64,000 nt of DNA, taken from contig OX597838.1 in assembly GCA_951406725.2 (NCBI GenBank), positions 13,082,001-13,146,000 on the forward strand, given 5' to 3'. The notes beneath the pieces are model-generated. The model saw only the letters and a program-made list of their open reading frames with translations. It was not told the origin of the DNA and made no database searches. A program made the translations under genes and the position numbers. This document shows, one piece after another, positions 54,115-64,000 of this stretch. Source of the DNA: Octopus vulgaris (taxonomy: Eukaryota). Position 1 is the stretch's first letter, and each line of letters opens with the position of its first letter.

Positions 54115-54273
54115 ACTCTCTCGATCTGAAAGCAATCCTGAAATACCCCCTCCGCGGCCGGTACTTCCCAAAGAATTCAGGTACCAGGCGCTAAAACGTC
54201 CACCAAAACAGCCAAAATCTGTTCCAAGCAGCAGAGGCTTTTCTCACAGATGGTCTGTAGATGGAAGCGGCAG
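54115..54273 (+). CDS. PXN: Candidate paxillin cassette exon C (159 nt; LSRSESNPEIPPPRPVLPKEFRYQALKRPPKQPKS...RWSVDGSG)
   Basis: Acceptor tttttgtattcatcag|A after a long CT tract, donor AG|gttaga. Phase 2/2. An alternative in-phase donor AG|gtacca lies at 54180/54181. Confidence 0.68.
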
Positions 54274-54434
54274 GTTAGAGCAAGAACAAAAAAAGAGAGC
54301 ATCTTTGCAACATGCTTGCTTGTTTTGTAGTTAGTTCTGTCTAGCTAGCAAGTGCTTCTTCCTTTACTTCTTAGCTCTTCCTACTCCTCCTTCAGAATCT
54401 TAGCTAATTATTTGCTATATATGTTTATTCTTTC

Positions 54435-54891
54435 GTTGTATACTGTCAACTTAACGTGACAGTCCCATAAAGGGAATTACACCACCGCCGTTTAGCCCTA
54501 GGAAGCATCGACGCTTCCTGTTGGCTTTGACACATTTCCTGTGTCCTTATATATTTATATATCCCTTTAGTGTTTAAACCAGCCATATCTGGCCCAGATA
54601 TTCTACATGTTTTATATTCAAACTGGCAATATCTAGCCTCTCACACCTACCCGACAATGTCATTCTAAATATAAACAATCACATCATTGAAACCTCAAAG
54701 CTATAAGATAATGCTTGATTAATTCAAAACAATTTGAGGGGAAAAGTATTACATTTCACAGAGTAATCTGAACACTAAAGGGATATAGGAAATGTGTTAA
54801 AGCCAACAGGAAGCGTCAATGCTTCCTAGGGCTAAACAGCAGTGGTGTAATTCCCTTACAGGACTGTCACTTTAAGTTGACAGTATACAAC
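54435..54891. mobile_element. Fold-back element (~105-bp arms) with a MITE at the apex
   Basis: Arms 54435-54540 and 54787-54891. Their inner ends read GAAATGTGTC / GAAATGTGTT, consistent with a CpG-decayed GAAACGCGTC. Confidence 0.7.
54563..54782 (+). mobile_element. piggyBac-type MITE, family 2, with ATAT flanks
   Basis: ATAT|CCCTTTAGTGTT...AACACTAAAGGG|ATAT. Confidence 0.8.
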
Positions 54892-57379
54892 CACTCTATC
54901 GCTCCACCACCGTACATATCTCTGAGATATTTAGAAATTTAATATTTCTGATTTTGTTTATTCTTTGTTGTTTAATTATTAACTTATCCATGGTTAATTT
55001 TCATCTGAATTTCTGAGATGATTAATTATACATTGATATATATTCAGACTAATATCCCAATTTTGGTTGTTATAGTCACAGTGTTCTAGCTTTTTGTACG
55101 CTCTTAATCTCCTCTCTCATGTTCAGTAGTGACATTTTCAGAATTTCAAACCAAACCACAGAAGTTACATTTGTAATGATAAGATGTTTGTGTGTGGGGG
55201 TCAGCTGTGTAATGATTTGGTATTGAGTCAATGTTGATTGAATGAACACAAATTCTGTCAAGACTTTTAAATGAAAAAAAAATATTCCTTTATTGTAAGC
55301 AAAATATAAGATGCCTCTACTACCATCAACAGAACAATTGTTCCAAGTTCAAATTCCACCAAGGTCGACTTTGCCTTTCATTCTTTCAGGGTCGATAAAT
55401 TTCTTTGTCAAATTACAGTGTCTTCCTTTCAATTAAATTTTGAAAACAGCAATGTATTTAGTAAAATAACTTTGTTGTTAAGCTGATGTTTGGAACATAA
55501 ATTAACATAAAATTTTGGAGGAAGGTTTTAATCTAGATCACTTTAAAACAGGGAGTTTGTATCATAGACCCAGCAAACAATCTCACATTTATTGGTTATC
55601 AAAGGGGTTAAACTAAACAAGAGAGTGGTATTACAAATATGAAAACAGTATTTCAATAACCCCCAAATACCCACTAGAGCATGGACAATGGAATAAAACC
55701 CATCCACCTCCTTAGATCTTATAAAGAATTTGGTTTGAAATTCTGGTAGTGTTTCTAAATATGATAGACACTTGAAGATGCCAGAGAGTACAACTGGCAA
55801 AACATGACCATAGCAACCAAGATTCAGGAATTAGTCTGAATAAACAGTGTATAGTTTCCCCATGGTTTTGTAGAATATTCTGTTTAGAGTAGAAGTCTTC
55901 ATATTGATCCCTACTGATCCCTGTTCATCCTTTTTTTTTGTTGTATTAATCCTTTCAGTCATCAAGTGTTGCCATCTCCCATATAATGATACACTTGTGT
56001 GTGGGAATTTTAGGGTGCAGTTGGTTCTTGAGGACTGTGTGTTGGGGTAGCTCCAGTTTGGCAAGGAGTCTCATAGACTTCAAGTACTGATATTAAAGCA
56101 TGGGAGACTTCGATATCGGTGGTGTGGCATTGTAGTTTTGTCTGTTTACTTACTGGGTTCAAAATCTGGATAAAAGAAGGGAACAAAAAGCAATGGTGAG
56201 AGGAGGGATGGGAGTATCAGTTCACAAAATAAATACCCGGAATACACTTGGGATTGTGTCAGTTGAGTAGACACATCTCCCCTCCACCTCACCTTGGCTT
56301 TGTGCCTAAGAAAACAACACACCTTGGCCTTTTGCCTAAGAAGACAACACACACATGTGCACACCTGCGCTCACTATGTGTGTGTATGTGTGAAGGTGTA
56401 TATCTATATTTGAGAGAGAGTGAGTGAGTATGTGTGAGTGTGTCTGTAAATGCAGACACAATATCATTAGTAATAATGATGATTTCTTAGATCAGTGCAA
56501 GGCCACACAGTTTTGGGAAAGGTTTTAATGTGAAAAAAACAAAATGTGAAAATTCACACTGACAAGGACTCTGATCTACCTGTTATATCAATTATGCATT
56601 GATATAAGAATTAGTTGTTCAATAAAGCCCGAAACATATGTACCGCAAAATCCTTTGCGTCCTGTTTTTCTTTTGATACATATATCCTATCACCTATACC
56701 ACTAGCTGGCATATACAGGTGCTTACATTTATCAAGTATTCACCCTGAATTTATATATATATGTATATTTATGTATATAAATCCTGCAAGTTATCCCAGT
56801 ACATGACTGGTACTGAGGGGATAACTCTGGCTCCAGCCATGTCTAAACTCACTCAGAGAATCGAGTGTAAAGATAGATCATGAGATATACAAATCTGGTG
56901 CGTCACCGTTTTTTACCAACTGCTCCTCCCACATATGTTGGCCCATTGCCTAAATATGAAACCATGTCTGGTAACCTTGACGACAGTACTCAAACATCTC
57001 TGCTTTCTTGTTTATTTGTTTTATTTCTTTGTTTGTTATTTTCTCTTGGTATTTCTGTTAGTCTAAAATATATATATATATATATATATATAACAATAAA
57101 TGAATACATAAAAATATAAAACTAACAATAAAATGGTGAATATCTCTCCAAGAAAGTCAGGCCAGTATTGTTGGCCTTTACTGCTGATCTCTTCTTTGAG
57201 AGACAATGTTCTTTGGTGTGAGATGAACGGGTGCAGCTGCTGGGAAGCTGAAAATTTGGTGTGACTAACTGACTGAATATTGAACCTGTTTTGATGACAG
57301 TGTTTTTTCACACTTGGAACCAAACACTCACATACACATACCTGAATGTATGCACAAAAATATACACATACAGAGAAAA

Positions 57380-57422
<43 letters not shown>

Positions 57423-59562
57423 GGTATTACAATTTATTGTAATAAGGCGGTGAGCTGGCAGAATCATTAGCACGCCAGGCGAAATGCTCAGCAGTATTTT
57501 GTCTGCCGCTATGTTCTGAGTTCAAATTCCGCCGAGGTCGACTTTGCCTTTCATCCTTCCCGGGTCGATTAAATAAGTACCAGTTACGCACTGGGGTCAA
57601 TATAATCGACTTAATCCGTTTGTTTGTCCTTGTTTGTCCTCTCTATGTTTAACCCCTTGAGGGTAGTAAAGAAATAGGTATTACAGTTTACTCTTTTTTT
57701 TTTTAATCTTTTTACTTGTTTCAGTCATTTAGTCGAGCAAATCGACCCCGGGACTTATTCTTTGTAAGCCCAGTACTTATTCTATTAGTCTCTTTTGCCG
57801 AACCGCTAAGTTACGGGGACGTAATCACACCAGCATCGGTTGTCAAGCAATGCTAGGGGAACAAACACAGACACACAAACATATACACACACACTTATAT
57901 ATATATACATATATACGACAGGCTTCTTTCAGTTTCCGCCTACCAAATCTACTCACAAGGCATTGGTCGGCCCGGGGCTATAGCAGAAGACACGTGCCCA
58001 AGATGCCACGCAGTGGGACTGAACCCGGAACCATGTGGTTGGTTAGCAAGCTACTTACCAAACAGCCACTCCTGCGCCTATTGACTGAACACAATTGACA
58101 TAAAAAACTTTCCTTCTTCTCTTATGTGCAAAGACAAAATATGCTGCCCACTCTTTATAGTGACTGGCATTAGGAAGGGCATCCAACCATGAAAACTATG
58201 CCAAAACAGAGCTCACCAGTGCTGGTGCCATGTGTAAAGCACCCAGTTCACTCTGTAAAGTAGTTGGTGCTAAGAAAGGCATCCAGCCGTAAAAAAATCA
58301 TGCCAAACCAACTGGTGGAGCTTGGTGCAGTTCTCTATCTATCTAGCTCCTTTCAAGCTGTCCAACCCATGCCAGCATGGAAAACAGATGTTAAACCAGG
58401 AGGATAATGATGAGGGACTAAACACAGAGAGGACAAACAAGGACAGACAAATGGATTAAGTTGATTATATCGACCCCCAGTGCGTAACCGGTACTTATTT
58501 AATTGACCCGGGTAGGATGAAAGGCAAAGTCGACCTCGGCGGAATTTGAACTCAGAACATAGCGGCAGACGAAATACACATAAACTGAGAGAGAAACGGG
58601 GGGGGGGAGGTGTCAAAATGTCTTATGCCAAAGAAGTCAGCAATGCCAAATAGGTGGGCACCAGTGTGGCTGTACCAAAACGTCTCATAACCAGTTTTCT
58701 TTGTTACTAAAATACTTGATGGCAATCTGAAGATTTCAAGATTAATCTGCATCGTAGAGACATTTTGTGTTCTGTGTTCAATATTTCTGTTCTTGTTGTG
58801 TTTAGATTAGTTTTAATGTATGGTAGTTTAGTTGTGTTTAATTAACCAAGCTTATTGTAGCTGGGGTGGCTGATCTGGTCTGGTCCTCCAGACACAGCAA
58901 GTGGCCCCTCTTACTGAATGGCTTCAAATCAAGCAAAAGAATGTAGTGTATATGTATATGTGTGTGTCTGTATATGAAGAGGGAGAGAGAGAAGTGAGCA
59001 CATGTCTGTGTGTGTGTGAATGCACATGTATACATGTGTCTGTGTCTGTAAACAAATGAATGTAGCACTCAATACATTTTGTTGGTCTTACATGTATTTA
59101 ATAGCAATTTTACTCAGTTCTACATTACTCATGGGTGTAGAACACATCCAGATCACCAGATGTATACATGTGTCTATGTGTGTGTATATACATATATATT
59201 AAAATAAACTCTGATTTTTCTTTTTTACAGGTTCACATAAAACTCCAGAGTTTTGCCTCTGTAAGCCTTTTTCAGACTTGAAAAAGCCTCCAGTAGCAAA
59301 GCCTGGTGCCTTTTTAACTATGCATAATAAATCTGACTCTAATACCAGTATTAAGTCCTTTCATTAGTAAATGTTTGTTGATATTAATAGCATACACCCC
59401 CACCCACAGATATAATGAGAGAGGTATGTGTGTGTCTATGTATGCACATTATATATATATATGTATATATATAAAATGAGTTGGGCTTCGTTCATGTGAG
59501 CATGCATTATTTGAATCTGTGTATTAATTGCTTGTGTATAATTTTATATAAAGTTATGCATA

Positions 59563-60031
59563 TCATCATCATCATCATCATCATCATTTAACGTCCGCTT
59601 TCCATGCTGGCATGGGTTGGACGGTTCAACTGGGGTCTGGGGAGCCGAAAGCTGCACCAGTCCAGTCAGATCTGGCAGTGTTTCTACAGCTGGATGCCCT
59701 TCCTAACGCCAACCACTCCGAGAGTGTAGTGGGTGATTTTATGTGCCACCGACACAGGTGCCAGACGAGGCTGGCAAACGGCCACACTCGGATGGTGTTT
59801 TTTATGTGCCACCGACACAGGTGCCAGACGAGGCTGGCAGACGGCCACGCTCGGATGGTGTTTTTATGTGCCACCGACACAGGTGCCAGATGAGGCTGGC
59901 AAACGGCCACGATCGGAGGGTGCTTGTTACGTGCCCACAGCACGGAGGCCAGTCGATGCGGTACTGGCTACGGCCACGTTCGGATGGTTTTCTTGTGTGC
60001 CACGTGCCACAAAGATACAAATTCCATTGAT
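59563..60031 (-). mobile_element. SINE-like family C with an internal ~62-bp tandem unit and (ATG)n tail
   Basis: Conserved ggcgttaggaagggcatccagctgtagaaa block. Other copies at ~1830-2125, 6146-6513, 43985-44123, 51437-51783, 58165-58410, 60540-60680. Confidence 0.8.
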
Positions 60032-60768
60032 GTTTATATATATATATATATATATTTCTCTGTTATTATCCATGTAAACAGTGTACATTTGTATACGCAT
60101 TGATGCACTTCTGTATGTTTGTCCATTTGTGCAACAATTAACATCACCTTTGTACAGATACACAGCATACACATGTCATAGACATATATAACTTGTGACA
60201 TCACACCAATGTACAGAGAGAGAGAGAGAGAGAGTGTGTGTGTCCAGTTCTAAAAAATTTGTCTCTAGAAATTTACTCTGAATCCTGAGAGAATGGCTGA
60301 TATTGATGGTGAGTAGCTAGTACTGCACTGATGAGATTTAACTGAATGAAACCACCAGCAACCACCCACCCTTAATGTTACACCTGATTTATCATCAAAA
60401 TGGATGTAGATCATTGCCGTGGTAGCATTCTGCAGCCAAAGTTGAGTGGCATAAATTTGTGTAGCCATTGGTCTTAGCCAGGCTACAACACAAGATGTAA
60501 AAGGCAACCATGCCAGTGACATGTAGAAGACACCCAATATAGAGTGGTTGGAAGGGCATCCAGCCATAGAAACCAAGTCAAAACAGACAACTGGAGCCTG
60601 GAGCAGCTCTCTGGCTTACCAGCTCTAGTCAAACCATCTAACCCATGCCGGCATGAAAAAACAGACGTTAAATGATGATAAGGATTTGTGTTGTTTATGC
60701 ATTGGGGGAATATGGCTATTAAATCTTGCAGGTCAAGTAGCCACATAGAAACCCCCTTTGTTGTTTCC

Positions 60769-60800
<32 letters not shown>

Positions 60801-61082
60801 ATCAACAAAGTACCTCAATGATCAAATTAGATTCGGCCCACGCTTGCTGTTGTGAAAATAATAGTGTTAACGTTCACCACCAGGCTGTATGCCTGTTCTT
60901 GTGCATCTATCAATGCTTCTAATATGCTAAAGTGTAAGATCTCTGTGTGTTTCTATATGTCTTGTGTGTAAATCCATAAGCTAGTCTGTTTATCTGCGTT
61001 TCTGTCTGCCTGGATATATCTATGTGTCTATCCATTTCTGTCTCTCTCTCTCTTTCTCTCTCTCCCATTTCCTCTTCCTCTC

Positions 61083-61118
<36 letters not shown>

Positions 61119-62169
61119 CCATTTCCTCTTCCTCTCTACTTCTCTCTCTCTCTCTCCCCCATTTCCTCTTCCTCTCTACTTCTCTCTCTCTCTCTCCCTC
61201 TCCCCATTTCCTCTTCCTCTCTACTCTCTCTCTCTCTCTCTCTCTCCCCCATTTCCTCTACCCCTCTCTCTCTCTCTCTCCCCCATTTCCTCTTCCTCTC
61301 TACTTCTCTCTTTCTCTCTGTATGTGCCTCTGCATCTCACCATCTCTCTCTGTCTTGTTGTTTCTGTCGGTCTGTCTGTCTGTCACTTTAATCTCCCCCA
61401 TCTGTCTGCCAGCAATAATGTCTAACTTTTAGTTGAAAACTTTGTGGTTATGTACTACTACTACTACCACTAGTAATAGTTAGTAGTATTACTAGTAGTA
61501 ATAATAATACTATTGCTACAACTCTATTATAACTTATAAGCATCAGTTCTGTAGTTACTGTTGTTTTTAGCCCCTGGTCAGCCTGGATGTTCCAGCTAGG
61601 ACCATCCCATTTACATATACATTCAGGTACTACACTATATTGCTCAATGTGTCCTTCTAGGCTTTGGTTGCTATTTTTAGTAAATATTGCAGCCATATAG
61701 AGACTCCCTATCGAAAGTACTCCAGCTGGGACCATCCCATATACTTAAATCTACAGGGACTCTATTGGCCATTGTGTAATTTCTTTTTTAAATAGTAGGC
61801 TTTGGCTGCTGTTTCTAGTAAATATAGCGACATATAGAGACACCCTCATTGGTCCGTAGGTTGTTATGGTTGACGACATTAGTGTTGATGTTAGTATTTC
61901 TTACTGTTCAGCTTTGATGCTGTTTATATCGATTACTGAGCCTGGAAGAATGAGAGAATGGGGGTGGCCAGGTGTGGCCTTCTCACGACTAATTTGGTAT
62001 GTAACCAGAGTTGCTGGTGCACCACTTCCTACAGAGGCAGAAGAGGAGGGTGCAGGTAGGGGGGATACACAGAAGGGAAGATAAAGATATACATGTGTGT
62101 ACATGTGTATGTACACCTATATACATATGTGTGTGTAAGTATGTATGTATGTATGTATGTATGTATGTA

Positions 62170-62236
<67 letters not shown>

Positions 62237-63905
62237 CTGGGAATGGAATGTAAGGTAAAAAGATTTAATATATCTAAATGAAATATTACACCAGGTATCT
62301 TTTTTTTTGTCTTTCAACTTTTTTAAAAAGATTATGGCAATTATTTTAATTTTATTTTACATTCTTATCCAATCTTTTATATATATATATATATATATGG
62401 AGAGAGAGCTGCTTAGACAAGTTCCTCTTCTCAAGGCTTCCCCCACCCAACATTTTTTTCAGGAAGGCCTACCTTGAACTACAAGTATTTTTATGCACAG
62501 AAATAGGTGCACACGCACACACATTCATGCATGTACACTTACGCATACCTTTTTTTATAAGCACCAAGTATTATTATATGCACACAAACAAGCACCTCTA
62601 CATATACATGTATACATATTTAAATTTATATATCCATGAGTGTCGCACAACCTGCAATTATGTCGACATGTGAGCTTTCTGTATCATTATCATCATCATC
62701 AACATCACCTGAAATTCCATCTGAATATTCACCAGTTCTTCATAATCTTCATCATCATCATCATCGTTTACATCAGCAGCATGAAGTTCACACCTTGATG
62801 TTGGTATGATGTTGAAGTACCTGCAACATGTGTGATACTAAATATGCATGTGTGTGTGTGTGTGTGTATGTGTGTGTGTGTGTGTGTGTGATAACACATA
62901 CCTACAATATTGCTGCAGTATATTCCAATATACACATAACATAGACACAGGCATGTGTGTGTGTGTAATTATATATACATACAAGACCAAAAGAAAGATA
63001 AGATATACATGCATACTTCCTATCAAATACACATGCATTCACCTGCTTGCTCACATATACACACTTTTTTCCTTGCTTATACACAGATACACACACTCTT
63101 TGAGTATATGAAGGGCTTGAAAGTTCCTTTACATTCCATTCTGTTTTGATCAACGCAAGCCCTTAATTCAGAACCTCTCAGACATCAAGAGCATTTGTGC
63201 CACATATCTCAATGTGTGCGCACACTCTCCTGTACACACTACCCTGATGTAATCTCCAGGGGTACAGGCATCCAGCAACAGGACCTCTGTAATGCTATGA
63301 TGGACTGTGAAGTCTGGCGTAGCATGGTAAATTCCATTGTCTCGACCATGGTCGAACAATGATGATGTGTGTGTATGTACAGATACATACTTATATACAG
63401 ACACCCTTATACACAGGCACACACATACATGAACTGTGCTAGTTGTTGGTTGTTAACCCCAGGTCAACCTTGGTCAAGCAGGCCTTTAATCAAAGGCAAT
63501 CTACCCCTGACAGGCTGCATTTTTTTGTTGACAGAATGTATCTTAATACAACATCATCCAATGTGTTATTCATTTTTTTATTGTTAAAGATTAGTGATAG
63601 GGTGTAGTTTGAGGATGGTCTGGCTGCTGTTACTGGAAAATCATATGTCCACCTATAGGCTCTGTCATTGGTGACTGAGGATATTTCATGTGTGTCATTT
63701 TCACCTGGATTGGTTTGGTAAATAAAACCTGAAGAGGGCACAGGAGTGGCTGTGTGGTAAGTAGCTTGCTTACCAACCACATGGTTCCGGGTTCAGTCCC
63801 ACTGCGTGGCACCTTGGGCAAGTGTCTTCTACTATAGCCTCAGGCCAACCAAAACCTTGTGAGTGGATTTGGTAGACGGAAACTGAAAGAAGCCCGCTGT
63901 ATATA

Positions 63906-63960
<55 letters not shown>

Positions 63961-64000
63961 TGTGTGTCTGTGTTTGTCCCCCTAACATCGCTTGACAACC

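Noticed and set aside
56880-57119. ORF with PTAPPTY (viral late-domain-like motif)
   Set aside because: The DNA matches the decayed 3' tail of SINE family B (compare gctggccttgtgccaaaatttgaaacca), and there are no convincing splice sites.
59738-59940. CRISPR-like regular repeats
   Set aside because: These are tandem units without unique spacers inside a multi-copy eukaryotic SINE, and there are no cas genes.
60328-60362. CTGATGA...GAAAC motif
   Set aside because: Stem I and the cleavage triplet cannot be formed.
61912-62055. Possible exon bounded by ttcag and G|gtaggg
   Set aside because: The open frame is phase 1/1, and the phase-2 frame required to join upstream exons hits TGA. There is no LD or LIM similarity.

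Overview
This is AT-rich, microsatellite-dense animal DNA. The SINE families and repeat landscape look like a coleoid cephalopod (Octopus-like); this is an inference. The only host gene I can support is paxillin on the + strand. Three in-phase exons encode LD1 (DALLADLQ), LD2 (LSELDQLLQDL) and a third LD-like motif (VDAMLHELD). At least three symmetric phase-2/phase-2 candidate cassette exons follow, rich in short linear motifs: YxxP, PPxY, a PVIVIS calcineurin-type site and an RSxSxP 14-3-3-type site. The ATG exon and the LD4/LD5/LIM exons lie outside the window. The rest is intronic or intergenic repeat: several tRNA-derived SINE families, piggyBac/hAT/Tc1-mariner-type MITEs (one triply nested), a Helitron-like element, CR1 and RTE LINE fragments, and microsatellites. 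The most striking unexplained structure is a set of about 13 short fold-back elements of different sequence families, each an inverted arm plus a unique tail, several inserted in (TA)n. Most carry minimal type-I hammerhead ribozyme cores or half-cores at or near the fold-back apex, like Penelope-like retroelement pseudo-LTRs. Every sense-strand hammerhead with an intact core is preceded by its own antisense copy. Almost all ORFs in the supplied track are microsatellite or SINE artefacts.
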